From contig CATNEN010000039.1 of NCBI GenBank assembly GCA_950097015.1, positions 2,542,001 to 2,606,000 on the forward strand: 64,000 nt of DNA, written 5' to 3'. The notes beneath the pieces were generated by a model. The model had not been told where the DNA came from. It did no database searches and saw nothing but the letters and a program-made list of their open reading frames with translations. The stretch's first letter is position 1, and each line of letters begins with the position of its first letter. Of the stretch, positions 1 to 14,333 are shown in pieces. A program made the position numbers and the translations under genes. The stretch comes from Macrostomum hystrix. Its lineage: Eukaryota; Animalia; Platyhelminthes.

Positions 1-721
1 AAATAATATGCCTGCTGGTGTTAAACTTGATGTTTAAATGGTTTAAAATTGTGATAACATGAGCTTATGTTGCAAATAAACTAAATCAAAATGATTTATA
101 ACTATCTGCTGTTTTGACTACATATGGAAATTTTAGTATTTCAATATACAGTTGAGATATTAACTATCCATTATGCTAACCGGAAAGAATGTGCATTTTT
201 ATAGCTTTTTTCTTTGCATTACTCGTATACTTTCTAAAGTAGCTATCAGCAGATTTTTTATCTAATCTGAATTTGTTTTGAGTGTATTAGAAGCCAGCAA
301 AGGTCACTGACCATCTAATTTGTAAACATGTTGTCAGCTGTTTGTACTATTATAATTTTGCTTTTTATGTTTAATTACATATAATTTAGCCTGACATTTA
401 GCAACAGTGATAGAAACAACTCTGTCTAATCTTATATTTTTCAATAGCATGTTAAACATGAATATATATAAATTTTATATTTTGGTTTCATATTTCTGGC
501 TATGCAATAAAACTGGCTTTCATTACCTTAGCTCATGCCCCATGTTTTCTATTTTGTCCGATGAGTATGCCCTATTTCTCATGTTTCTCAAAGTCCTAAC
601 TCCTAAGTTTCATTTCCTGGGTTCGGTACATAAGGTTAAGTACCTAGCCCTTAAATTAATGATTTTAGTGGACGGTCTGGTAGCCATGGGGAAGTCCTGT
701 CTAAGGAACTAGGCTGGATGG

Positions 722-1851
722 CCCACAAACCGTCTACCCCAGTTCCTCATCTGCAAGGCTACCCACAAACCATCCACCCTAGTTCCTCATCTGCAAGGCT
801 ACCCACAGACCATCTACCCCAGTTCCTCATCTCCAAGGCTACCCACAAACCATCCACCCCAGTTCCTCATCTGCAAGGCTACCCATAAACAAACCATCTA
901 CCCCAGTTCCTCATCTGCAAGGCTACCCACAAACCATCTACCCCAGTTCCTCATCTGCAAGGCTACCCACAAACCATCTACCCCAGTTCCTCATCTGCAA
1001 GGCTACCCACAAACCATCTACCCCAGTTCCTCATCTGCAAGGCTACCCATAAACAAACCATCTACCCCAGTTCCTCATCTGCAAGGCTACCCATAAACAA
1101 ACCATCCACCCCAGTTCCTCATCTGCAAGGCTACCCATAAACAAACCATCTACCCCAGTTCCTTATCTGCAAGGCTACCCATAAACAAACCATCCACCCC
1201 AGTTCCTCATCTGCAAGGCTACCCATAAACAAACCATCTACCCCAGTTCCTCATCTGCAAGGCTACCCATAAACAAACCATCTACCCCAGTTCCTCATCT
1301 GCAAGGCTACCCATAAACCATCTACCCCAGTTCCTCATCTGCAAGGCTACCCACAAACCATCTACCCCAGTTCCTCATCTGCAAGGCTACCCACAAACAA
1401 ACCATCCATCCCAATTCCTCATCTTCAAGGCTACCCACAAACCATCTACCCCAGTTCCTCATCTGCAAGGCTACCCACAAGCCATCTACCCCAGTTCCTC
1501 ATGTCTCATGTTTCAAAGGTGAAGACACCTTTGAAACACCTGAGAAAACAGTTCCTCATCCACCCACATATACCCACAAACCATCCACCCCAGTTCCTCA
1601 TCTGCAAGGCTACCCACAAACCATCCACCCCAGTTCCTCATCTGCAAGGCTACCCATAAACAAACCATCTACCCCAGTTCCTCATCTGCAAGGCTACCCA
1701 TAAACCATCCACCCCAGTTCCTCATCTGCAAGGCTACCCACAAACCATCCACCCCAGTTCCTCATCTGCAAGGCTACCCACAAACCATCTACCCCAGTTC
1801 CTCATCTGCAAGGCTACCCACAAACAAACCATCCACCCCAGTTCCTCATCT
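722..1851. repeat. 40/44-bp minisatellite (methyltransferase intron 2)
   Basis: Unit CCCCAGTTCCTCATCTGCAAGGCTACCCAYAAAC(AAAC)CATCYA. Confidence 0.95.
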
Positions 1852-1997
1852 GGGGAGGTGGAAAGGTAGGTAGCCACGGTGGGTGTTAACAGGAACGTTT
1901 ACGTGAAAGATTCGCCAGGAAGAAATGTACAGCAAAAATCAACTGCAAAACATTCTTAATAATTTTTCACAGAAGCCCGCGGCCTGGCCAGACTCAC

Positions 1998-2309
1998 CCG
2001 GACAATGTGGCCCCACTTGGCTGATTCGGCCAGGGTCTTGATGGTGGCCAAGAAGTTGTGTCCGGGCCGGATGCCGATCACGTGGAACATGAGCGTCCGC
2101 CGCGACGGTGCCAGCCGCTTCAGACTGTCGAAACAGGCGGTGAGATTTCTGACCCAGTGCAGCGTGAGGAAGCTGGTGATGAGGTCGTACTGCAGGCCAG
2201 GTACTTTGGTGTGCCAGTTGGCCTCGTTCAGGTTCACCTGGCACAGCTGGAATCGGCCATCATGGCCTGCGGTGACTTGCTGGGCAGCGTACTCCAGGAA
2301 TTTCAGATT
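1998..2309 (-). CDS. Class I SAM-dependent methyltransferase, coding exon 2 (gene continues beyond window start)
   Basis: Branch TACTAAC (2329-2323) and acceptor TTTCTAG; phase-0 join gives GIDW-NLKFLEYAAQ...YDLITSFLTLHWV (motif II, JHAMT/Tam-like)...GHIVR|GTGAGT. No later exon was found in 1-1997. Confidence 0.8.
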
Positions 2310-3602
2310 CTAGAAATTTTCAGTTAGTATTTGTTTTGTTCTCAGCCTCATTATAACTGTAATTCTCTTCTTCATCACTCTGGCCTCTGGCCATATCAAG
2401 CTCTCGAGACAGTAAATTGCACCCTTGGCCAGTAGTCCGAGACTGAGAGCTCTAACTTCCGTTGTGGACTCTAGGCTTTACTTGAGCAGTCACTTGAGCT
2501 GATCTCAGCCAGTGCACTTTCCTTGAGCATAGTCTAGCACTCTCTTATGCATTTTTCTCACCAGAGTCTATCTCAGTTTTGAAGCTTACTTTATTTTTCA
2601 ATCCATCCTATTTCAACAGTAGAGATAAGTAACAATATTATATTCAAAACTGAAAGCCCTTACTATAAAATAAATTGTTATTTCTGTCACCTTGCATTAA
2701 ACTGGAGACATATCTAAGAAAAACACAATTCAACTCTCTGGGGTCAAAGAAGCTTTCAGCTTTTTAATGAATTGCTTAGGGCTACTGCTGTAGCAACTGA
2801 GTGAAGGTGTAATGCTATTCTAGACCAAGAAACTACACTATGCAAGCCTTTCATAGCCAACCTGGATTTATTATCTGCAAAATGAAATGCCATTGCGTAG
2901 TCTAAGTTTACTATTCTGCATGATGATGTGTAAATGTGATTTGTATTAAACTATAGTAGGTTAAGAAGCATTAAAAAATTAATTTGGTATACATTTTTAT
3001 TACCTGAGACCTGACCCTATTGCTATGAATGAGGTACATACAGAACAACAATTAGCATTGGAAAACTTTATTTTTTACACCTGCTATAGAAATAGTTGCA
3101 TGAATGGCTGTGTTTCCAGTATTTCATACTCATTTCAGTAAGGTTCATGCAATGCTCTTAACAAATTGCAATTGTGATAATAATGCAGCTTTTAGTTGAT
3201 TCGTTTACTGCACTATAAAGTGATTAATTCAACTGTCACTCCTTGAACATGTTGTACTTCCTCTTACTAATCACTAAAATTATTTGCATAACCAGTAATT
3301 TGTATAATAATATATCAGTTAGTATGCTTATTATTATACTTTATAGCTAATGCAACATTTTATACCTTTAGTTGCTTATAGAATGTAAACTGGTATCGAT
3401 GAAAACTGTACAAAACAGTCACTCTGCAAAACTATTTTCAGATCATAAGCTGCTTATAGAATATAGAATTCCATGGATACAAGGTGTACAAGCATGACAA
3501 AGACTGTGGGCAAGGTCCTTAGTTAGATAAAATGGAATAGACTTTTCTGAAAACAAATAGCTACTAGATTGTTGTAAGCCATAAGGCATATTTATTATGG
3601 CT

Positions 3603-3781
3603 TATAATAATAATATTAATAATATTATATAATAATATAATATATAATAATATATAATATATAATATATATTATTATATAATAATATATAATTATATAAT
3701 ATATAATTATATAATAATATAATATAATATATAATAATATATTATATAATAATATTATATAATAATATTATTAATAATATT
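3603..3781. repeat. AT-only low-complexity tract
   Basis: About 180 bp of A/T only (ATAAT/TATTA). Confidence 0.9.
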
Positions 3782-4164
3782 CCTTCCTTGATCCAAAGAC
3801 TTATAGTTGTAGCCTATCACACATTGTCACGCAAGTCATAACATGGTATGAAAATTGCCACATCTATGAGTTTTCAATGAACATTTTTTCAAGCAAAAGG
3901 GTAGCTGCGACCTTTAACTCTTTGTCTTAGCTCTGTTTCTAGTAGCTATTGGGTGGTTCACAGCTTGGTTCACACCTTGCATTCTATGGCTTATCTTACC
4001 TAGCTACTCATATGATAGATTTCAATCCTCCTTTTTCTGTCAATCCTATTCACTTCCATCTCCAAAATATTTATTATACTTACTCCATATCTCCATTTGA
4101 TTTCATTACATTCCAACTAGATCCCATTATCCAACTTATTTTTGTCTATTCAATTATCTAACTC

Positions 4165-5045
4165 TTTGTTGTCTCTATTCCATTATCTTACTCATTTCGT
4201 CTCTATTCCATTTTCTTACTCATTTCGTCTCTATTCCATTTTCTTACTCATTTTGTCTCTACTCCATTATCTACTCGTTTCGTCTCTATTCCATTTTCTT
4301 ACTCATTTCGTCTCTATTCCATTTTCTTACTAATTTCGTCTCTATTCCATTTTCTTACTCATTTTGTCTCTACTCCATTATCTACTCGTTTCGTCTCTAT
4401 TCCATTTTCTTACTCATTTCGTCTCTATTCCATTTTCTTACTCGTTTCGTCTCTATTCGATTTTCTTACCCATTTTGTCTCTACTCCATTATCTACTCGT
4501 TTCGTCTCTATTCCATTTTCTTACTCATTTCGTCTCTATTTCATTTTCTTACTTATTTTGTCTCTACTCCATTATCTACTCATTTTTTCTCTATTCCATT
4601 TTCTTACTCATTTCGTCTCTATTCCATTTTCTTACTCATTTGATCTCTATTCCATTTTCCTACTCATTTGATCTCTATTCCATTTTCCTACTCATTTTGT
4701 CTCTATTTCATTTTCCTAATAATTTTTGTCTCTATTTCATTTTCCTACTCATTTGGTCTCTATTCCATTTTCCTACTCATTTCGTCTCTATTCCATTTTC
4801 TTACTCATTTGATCTCTATTCCATTTTCCTACTCATTTGATCTCTATTCCATTTTCCTACTCATTTTGTCTCTATTTCATTTTCCTAATAATTTTTGTCT
4901 CTATTTCATTTTCCTACTCATTTGGTCTCTATTCCATTTTCCACTCATTTTGTTTCTATTCCATTTTCCTACTCATTTGGTCTCTATTCCATTTTCCTAC
5001 TCATTTTGTCTCTATTCCATTTTCCTACTCATTTTTGTCTCCATT
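4165..5045. repeat. Degenerate ~28-bp tandem repeat
   Basis: Unit about CTCATTTCGTCTCTATTCCATTTTCYTA. Confidence 0.9.
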
Positions 5046-5062
5046 TGATTTATACTACAACC

Positions 5063-5335
5063 TCCTGTACAACCTAGTGGTTATAGTGTCAGACTCTCGA
5101 CTTAAAGGTCGCGGGTTCGATTCAGACTCCTCTAAAACAATTTATGTCCTTTAGCAAAATACTTAACTCAGCATTTATTCATTTCACCCAGCTATTAAAT
5201 GGTTACCAGCATAAGCTAGGATAACTGAAGGTAGGTGTGGCGTCCCACAGTCCATTGACTGAACAGCTATAAGCAGCCTTCAGATGTAAGCGGTCGTGTT
5301 GTCAGCTGAACGTCTGACCTAATTGGGGCAAGTTA
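5063..5335 (+). mobile_element. Diverged copy of the same SINE (methyltransferase intron 1)
   Basis: Colinear similarity to 21085-21368, including GGTTCGATTC, CCTTTAGCAAAATACTTAAC, GGTGTGGCGTCCC and TCTGACCTAATTGGGGCA. Confidence 0.75.
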
Positions 5336-5457
5336 TTCTTATTTTTGTTTTCACTCCAGTCTCTATTGTTATAATTTACTCACTCCTGTATATACTCCAA
5401 GTTTCTACTCAATTTTCTCTATATTCCATTATCCTACTTACTCTCATTGCTTTTCAA

Positions 5458-8400
5458 TCGATCTTACTCATTCCTCATCACTATACTAGCTATTGATCCT
5501 ACTCATTCCTGCATCACTATACTAGCTATTGATCCTACTCATTCCTGCATCACTATACTAGCTATTGATCCTACTCATTCCTGCATCACTATACTAGCTA
5601 TTGATCCTACTCATTCCTGCATCACTATACTAGCTATTGATCCTACTCATTCCTGCATCACTATACTAGCTATTGATCTTACTCATTCCTGCATCACTAT
5701 ACTAGCTATTGATCCTACTCATTCCTGCATCACTATACTAGCTATTGATCTTACTCATTCCTGCATCACTATACTAGCTACTGATCCTACTCATTCCTGC
5801 ATCACTATACTAGCTATTGATCCTACTCATTCCTGCATCACTATACTAGCTATTGATCCTACTCATTCCTGCATCACTATACTAGCTACTGATCCTACTC
5901 ATTCCTGCATCACTATACTAGCTATTGATCCTACTCATTCCTGCATCACTATACTAGCTACTTATTCCTGCATCACTATACTAGCTACTTATTCCTGCAT
6001 CACTATACTAGCTATTGATCTTACTCATTTCTGCATCACTATACTAGCTACTTATTCCTGCATCACTATACTAGCTATTGATCCTACTCATTCCTGCATC
6101 ACTATATTGACCCTAATCAGCCTACTCATTCCTGCATCACTATACTAGCTATTGATCCTACTCATTCCTGCATCACTATACTAGCTATTGATCCTACTCA
6201 TTCCTCATCACTATACTAGCTATTGATCCTACTCATTCCTCATCACTATATTGACCCTAATCAGCCTACTCATTCCTGCATCACTATACTAGCTATTGAT
6301 CCTACTCATTCCTGCATCACTATACTAGCTATTGATCCTACTCATTTCTGCATCACTATACTAGCTACTTATTCCTGCATCACTATACTAGCTATTGATC
6401 CTACTCATTCCTGCATCACTATACTAGCTATTGATCCTACTCATTCCTGCATCACTATACTAGCTATTGATCCTACTCATTCCTGCATCACTATACTAGC
6501 TATTGATCCTACTCATTCCTGCATCACTATACTAGCTATTGATCCTACTCATTCCTGCATCACTATACTAGCTATTGATCCTACTCATTCCTGCATCACT
6601 ATACTAGCTATTGATCTTACTCATTCCTGCATCACTATACTAGCTATTGATCCTACTCATTTCTGCATCACTATACTAGCTACTTATTCCTGCATCACTA
6701 TACTAGCTATTGATCCTACTCATTCCTGCATCACTATACTAGCTATTGATCCTACTCATTCCTGCATCACTATACTAGCTATTGATCCTACTCATTCCTG
6801 CATCACTATACTAGCTACTGATCCTACTCATTCCTGCATCACTATACTAGCTATTGATCCTACTCATTCCTGCATCACTATACTAGCTATTGATCCTACT
6901 CATTCCTGCATCACTATACTAGCTACTTATTCCTGCATCACTATACTAGCTATTGATCCTACTCATTCCTGCATCACTATACTAGCTATTGATCCTACTC
7001 ATTCCTGCATCACTATACTAGCTACTTATTCCTGCATCACTATACTAGCTATTGATCCTACTCATTCCTGCATCACTATACTAGCTATTGATCCTACTCA
7101 TTCCTGCATCACTATACTAGCTACTTATTCCTGCATCACTATACTAGCTATTGATTCTACTCATTCCTGCATCACTATACTAGCTATTGATCCTACTCAT
7201 TCCTGCATCACTATACTAGCTATTGATCCTACTCATTCCTGCATCACTATACTAGCTATTGATCCTACTCATTCCTGCATCACTATACTAGCTACTTATT
7301 CCTGCATCACTATACTAGCTATTGATCCTACTCATTCCTGCATCACTATACTAGCTATTGATCCTACTCATTCCTGCATCACTATACTAGCTATTGATCC
7401 TACTCATTCCTGCATCACTATACTAGCTATTGATCCTACTCATTCCTGCATCACTATACTAGCTACTTATTCCTGCATCACTATACTAGCTATTGATCCT
7501 ACTCATTCCTGCATCACTATACTAGCTATTGATCCTACTCATTCCTGCATCACTATACTAGCTATTGATCTTACTCATTTCTGCATCACTATACTAGCTA
7601 CTTATTCCTGCATCACTATACTAGCTATTGATCCTACTCATTCCTGCATCACTATACTAGCTATTGATCCTACTCATTCCTGCATCACTATACTAGCTAT
7701 TGATCCTACTCATTCCTGCATCACTATACTAGCTATTGATTCTACTCATTCCTGCATCACTATACTAGCTATTGATCCTACTCATTCCTGCATCACTATA
7801 CTAGCTATTGATCCTACTCATTCCTGCATCACTATACTAGCTATTGATCCTACTCATTCCTGCATCACTATACTAGCTATTGATCCTACTCATTCCTGCA
7901 TCACTATACTAGCTATTGATCCTACTCATTCCTGCATCACTATACTAGCTACTGATCCTACTCATTCCTGCATCACTATACTAGCTATTGATCCTACTCA
8001 TTCCTGCATCACTATACTAGCTATTGATCCTACTCATTCCTGCATCACTATACTAGCTATTGATCCTACTCATTCCTGCATCACTATACTAGCTATTGAT
8101 CCTACTCATTCCTGCATCACTATACTAGCTATTGATCCTACTCATTCCTGCATCACTATACTAGCTACTGATCCTACTCATTCCTGCATCACTATACTAG
8201 CTATTGATCCTACTCATTCCTGCATCACTATACTAGCTACTTATTCCTGCATCACTATACTAGCTATTGATCCTACTCATTCCTGCATCACTATACTAGC
8301 TATTGATCCTACTCATTCCTGCATCACTATACTAGCTATTGATCCTACTCATTCCTGCATCACTATACTAGCTACTTATTCCTGCATCACTATACTAGCT

Positions 8401-11400
8401 ATTGATCCTACTCATTCCTGCATCACTATACTAGCTACTGATCCTACTCATTCCTGCATCACTATACTAGCTATTGATCCTACTCATTCCCTCATCACTA
8501 TACTAGCTATTGATCCTACTCATTCCTCATCACTATACTAGCTATTGATCCTACTCATTCCTGCATCACTATACTAGCTATTGATCCTACTCATTCCTGC
8601 ATCACTATACTAGCTATTGATCCTACTCATTCCTGCATCACTATACTAGCTATTGATCCTACTCATTCCTGCATCACTATACTAGCTATTGATCCTACTC
8701 ATTCCTGCATCACTATACTAGCTATTGATCCTACTCATTCCTGCATCACTATACTAGCTATTGATCTTACTCATTCCTGCATCACTATACTAGCTATTGA
8801 TCCTACTCATTCCTGCATCACTATACTAGCTATTGATCCTACTCATTCCTGCATCACTATACTAGCTATTGATCTTACTCATTTCTGCATCACTATACTA
8901 GCTATTGATCCTACTCATTCCTGCATCACTATACTAGCTACTTATTCCTGCATCACTATACTAGCTATTGATCCTACTCATTCCTGCATCACTATATTGA
9001 CCCTAATCAGCCTACTCATTCCTGCATCACTATACTAGCTATTGATCCTACTCATTCCTGCATCACTATACTAGCTATTGATCCTACTCATTCCTCATCA
9101 CTATACTAGCTATTGATCCTACTCATTCCTCATCACTATATTGACCCTAATCAGCCTACTCATTCCTGCATCACTATACTAGCTATTGATCCTACTCATT
9201 CCTGCATCACTATACTAGCTATTGATCCTACTCATTTCTGCATCACTATACTAGCTACTTATTCCTGCATCACTATACTAGCTATTGATCCTACTCATTC
9301 CTGCATCACTATACTAGCTATTGATCCTACTCATTCCTGCATCACTATACTAGCTATTGATCCTACTCATTCCTGCATCACTATACTAGCTATTGATCCT
9401 ACTCATTCCTGCATCACTATACTAGCTATTGATCTTACTCATTCCTGCATCACTATACTAGCTATTGATCCTACTCATTTCTGCATCACTATACTAGCTA
9501 CTTATTCCTGCATCACTATACTAGCTATTGATCCTACTCATTCCTGCATCACTATACTAGCTATTGATCCTACTCATTCCTGCATCACTATACTAGCTAT
9601 TGATCCTACTCATTCCTGCATCACTATACTAGCTACTGATCCTACTCATTCCTGCATCACTATACTAGCTATTGATCCTACTCATTCCTGCATCACTATA
9701 CTAGCTATTGATCCTACTCATTCCTGCATCACTATACTAGCTACTTATTCCTGCATCACTATACTAGCTATTGATCCTACTCATTCCTGCATCACTATAC
9801 TAGCTATTGATCCTACTCATTCCTGCATCACTATACTAGCTACTTATTCCTGCATCACTATACTAGCTATTGATCCTACTCATTCCTGCATCACTATACT
9901 AGCTATTGATCCTACTCATTCCTGCATCACTATACTAGCTACTTATTCCTGCATCACTATACTAGCTATTGATTCTACTCATTCCTGCATCACTATACTA
10001 GCTATTGATCCTACTCATTCCTGCATCACTATACTAGCTATTGATCCTACTCATTCCTGCATCACTATACTAGCTATTGATCCTACTCATTCCTGCATCA
10101 CTATACTAGCTACTTATTCCTGCATCACTATACTAGCTATTGATCCTACTCATTCCTGCATCACTATACTAGCTATTGATCCTACTCATTCCTGCATCAC
10201 TATACTAGCTATTGATCCTACTCATTCCTGCATCACTATACTAGCTATTGATCCTACTCATTCCTGCATCACTATACTAGCTACTTATTCCTGCATCACT
10301 ATACTAGCTATTGATCCTACTCATTCCTGCATCACTATACTAGCTATTGATCCTACTCATTCCTGCATCACTATACTAGCTATTGATCTTACTCATTTCT
10401 GCATCACTATACTAGCTACTTATTCCTGCATCACTATACTAGCTATTGATTCTACTCATTCCTGCATCACTATACTAGCTATTGATCCTACTCATTCCTG
10501 CATCACTATACTAGCTATTGATCCTACTCATTCCTGCATCACTATACTAGCTATTGATCCTACTCATTCCTGCATCACTATACTAGCTATTGATCCTACT
10601 CATTCCTGCATCACTATACTAGCTATTGATCCTACTCATTCCTGCATCACTATACTAGCTACTGATCCTACTCATTCCTGCATCACTATACTAGCTATTG
10701 ATCCTACTCATTCCTGCATCACTATACTAGCTATTGATCCTACTCATTCCTGCATCACTATACTAGCTATTGATCCTACTCATTCCTGCATCACTATACT
10801 AGCTATTGATCCTACTCATTCCTGCATCACTATACTAGCTATTGATCCTACTCATTCCTGCATCACTATACTAGCTACTGATCCTACTCATTCCTGCATC
10901 ACTATACTAGCTATTGATCCTACTCATTCCTGCATCACTATACTAGCTACTTATTCCTGCATCACTATACTAGCTATTGATCCTACTCATTCCTGCATCA
11001 CTATACTAGCTATTGATCCTACTCATTCCTGCATCACTATACTAGCTATTGATCCTACTCATTCCTGCATCACTATACTAGCTACTTATTCCTGCATCAC
11101 TATACTAGCTATTGATCCTACTCATTCCTGCATCACTATACTAGCTACTGATCCTACTCATTCCTGCATCACTATACTAGCTATTGATCCTACTCATTCC
11201 CTCATCACTATACTAGCTATTGATCCTACTCATTCCTCATCACTATACTAGCTATTGATCCTACTCATTCCTGCATCACTATACTAGCTATTGATCCTAC
11301 TCATTCCTGCATCACTATACTAGCTATTGATCCTACTCATTCCTGCATCACTATACTAGCTATTGATCCTACTCATTCCTGCATCACTATACTAGCTATT

Positions 11401-11488
11401 GATCCTACTCATTCCTGCATCACTATACTAGCTATTGATCCTACTCATTCCTGCATCACTATACTAGCTATTGATCCTACTCATTCCT
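5458..11488. repeat. 36-bp satellite (27-bp variant) with ~2.9-kb higher-order duplication
   Basis: Unit GCTATTGATCCTACTCATTCCTGCATCACTATACTA; marker TTGACCCTAATCAG at 6107/6251 recurs at 8997/9141. Confidence 0.97.
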
Positions 11489-12878
11489 TGTCACTAATGA
11501 TTATGAGATCTGATTATGATTATGATTATGATTCTAAGATTAGCCATTATCTTCTATATTGTTCCTTCTCTTTTTTGTTTTACTAATTGCATCCACTTGC
11601 TTTTAATATTTAATGTTTCAAGTTTTGTATGCTATATTGTATCCTCTAGAGAACTTATAGCCTGCGGTTGATAGCTATAGGACTTTATGACAGAAAGGTA
11701 ATAAATTATATCTTAGCCTAGTTTGAGACAGTATGTGTAAACTAAAAACTGACTTCAATTCCCTAGTGCTTTAGTTTGCCTAGCTATGAAGTGGGTACCA
11801 ATATAAGAAGATAACTAGTATAGAAATCTGGGTAGGTGTCCTAACCTCAACAGACAAAACTGTTGTACACAACCTTTGGAACCAATGCGCAATTGCTGAG
11901 GCTATGCCATTATCTGTACAAGTGGCCTAACTACAAGCCATAGGTTAGTTATATTAGATTCTATTTACTTAAAAACTTAGATCTTTTTGTTTTAACTATA
12001 CAATTAGTTGGGCCTAGTCGTGCATTCAAGTGTCCTAGTCACGCCTATTTAGTCTTACATAAAGGTTTTCAGGTCATTTAGCTAAAAACACAAGTATATG
12101 TCATTTGAGAGTTGTCATTCATCATTTCTACTACAGTAGTACTATAAAATAATGCCTTTCTGAAGTAGGATAATCAATACCCAAGCTAGTTGCTTCAATA
12201 TATTAACAGAGTAGTGACTAGCTAGCTATGCAAAATACATACACAATATTACTAACTTTTCTAATGAGGCTTATCATATTGCTTACAGTTTAAGGCATAT
12301 ATTCTAAACAACAGGTCAGTGCTCACGGATAACAATATTCCAATATGACAGATATACTAGGCTTGGTTTTTGGACAATCTTAAGAGAGCCTTAGACAATG
12401 TTATAAAGTTTTTGTACTTAGCTTTCGCTAGAAAACGGACCTTTTAAGGTCTATGCCATGCTATATTGTCAATTTTGTTAAAGCCAAGTGCTTTTGTTAC
12501 ACATGGCTACCTATAATGTTTTCACAGGTTCTATCTTGACTTGTTAGCTATTCTTTGTCAAGTAGCCTAGCTAACTTATTCTTATAGAGAACTTTTTACC
12601 TGGTTATGTACACAGTAGTACAATTTGAAACCTACAAAATAGTAGCTATACTATTCAACTTTTATTGAACTAGATGAATATATTTATATTGCATTATAGA
12701 TCTCTCATGTCTTTAACAGTCAATTTTTGGGCTTAGCTATAGCATAGGCCCTATCACTACTGCTAATCTTAAACATGCTTTATACTTGACCAGTCATAAA
12801 GGACAGCTATTTGAGCATAAAATTATAGGAATATAGTAACTAAAAATAACAAACAATAGTAAAACAGCTTAGACTTAC

Positions 12879-13103
12879 CCAGTCAATGCCAACAACATTC
12901 TGGGCTCCAATTTGATCAGCAAACCATTTCGTATTTTCGCAGGTGCCGCAGCCAAGGTCCAATACAGTGATAGCACTTCTGTCACTGTTCTTGCTAAACT
13001 CCTCTATCGGGAAATATTGCTTAGTAGCATCAACTACTATTTCTTTGACCAGCCTGTGGTTGTTTGAGTAAGTCTGGCCATCTAGAAAAACTGTGCAATT
13101 CAT
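12879..13103 (-). CDS. Class I SAM-dependent methyltransferase (JHAMT/trans-aconitate MT-like), coding exon 1
   Basis: ATG at 13103; contains motif I VLDLGCGTC and post-I VVGID; ends ...GIDW|GTAAGT (donor GT at 12878-12877, phase 0). Confidence 0.85.
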
Positions 13104-13989
13104 ATTTTACAATGGCAGTAATGCCTAATTACCTTGCTGCACAGCTACTAGCTAAATAAGAAGCTCGAATGCGGTACCATAAATATTTCAGTTAGGCAGA
13201 ATCTTACCAATTTGTGCGATACGAAATGCTGCCTAAAGATTCGTTGTCGTGGCTACGGGTTAAAAATTGAGGAAAGGACTATGCTATGACACAGTGGGCG
13301 GCTCTGGTTTAGGCTCTTACTAACAAAACAGAAGGAAGTAAATAAATATATAGCCACGCTGGACCGATAGGGTGCACGAATGGGCCTTCCTTCACGTGAC
13401 CTATAAGATGTCATCAGACTTTCATACTGTCCGGACCGGACTGTACGGGCTTCTTCAATATTGGGGGGTGCTGGGGTGGAGGGAAGCCCCCTCAACCAAT
13501 CAGACAGCGTTGACCGACTTTTCAACTCGCACTTGGAAATTTTCCAAAAGTCGGTCAACAAAGTCGCCATTTTAAATTCAACTGACCGGGACGGATCCAT
13601 CCCGTTATCAGCCCCGGAGTGCCCCGAACATCTCTAATTTAATTTGGTCAAACCACACTGTACCGTTTACAAACTTGTTATATAATCGCATGTCCATAAA
13701 AACGGTAACTGCATTTTAGTATATTTTATGCGTAGTATTATTTATCTCGGCTGTTTTGATTCACCAGCGAAATAACTTTTCTTGATAAAGAACGGATATT
13801 ACTCAACTAATATGAGAAAATGAGACTAATAATAAAATATATGGATCCTTTTTACAGGTCAAACATAATATATTAATGAAAAGGGTCTCAGAGTACAGAC
13901 TACATTCCTTCCTTGAAGTTCCTTCAGATTATTAAATAGCAAACTGCAATACATGCTTATATTTTCCTCAGGTCCAATCATTTTATTTG

Positions 13990-14333
13990 AAATTTCCTCA
14001 GGTTCTCAGATTGAGTTGCAATGACTCCTTGCAATTTCCTCAGGTTCTCAGATTGAGTTGCAATGACTCCTTGCAATTTCCTCAGGTTCTCAGATTGAGT
14101 TGCAATGACTCCTTGCAATTTCCTCAGGTTCTCAGATTGAGTTGCAATGACTCCCTGCAATTTCCTCAGGTTCTCAGATTGAGTTGCAATGACTCCTTGC
14201 AATTTCCTCAGGTTCTCAGATTGAGTTGCAATGACTCCCTGCAATTTCCTCAGGTTCTCAGATTGAGTTGCAATGACTCCTTGCAATTTCCTCAGGTTCT
14301 CAGATTGAGTTGCAATTGCTCCTTACAATTTCC
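13990..14333. repeat. 42-bp minisatellite
   Basis: Unit CAATTTCCTCAGGTTCTCAGATTGAGTTGCAATGACTCCTTG, about 8 copies. Confidence 0.95.

Noticed and set aside
722-1851. Resemblance of CAGTTCCTCATCTGCAA to the MIR core
   Set aside because: Short match with no flanking SINE features; likely chance.
5447-11251. AIDPTHSCITIL repeat ORFs
   Set aside because: Translation of a 36-bp intronic satellite, antisense to the host gene.
5458-11488. CRISPR-like regular 36-bp repeats
   Set aside because: Head-to-tail units without unique spacers, no cas genes, eukaryotic context.
11650-11880. Possible third SINE relic (TGGGTACCA, GGTAGGTGT words)
   Set aside because: Too degraded to align confidently by eye.
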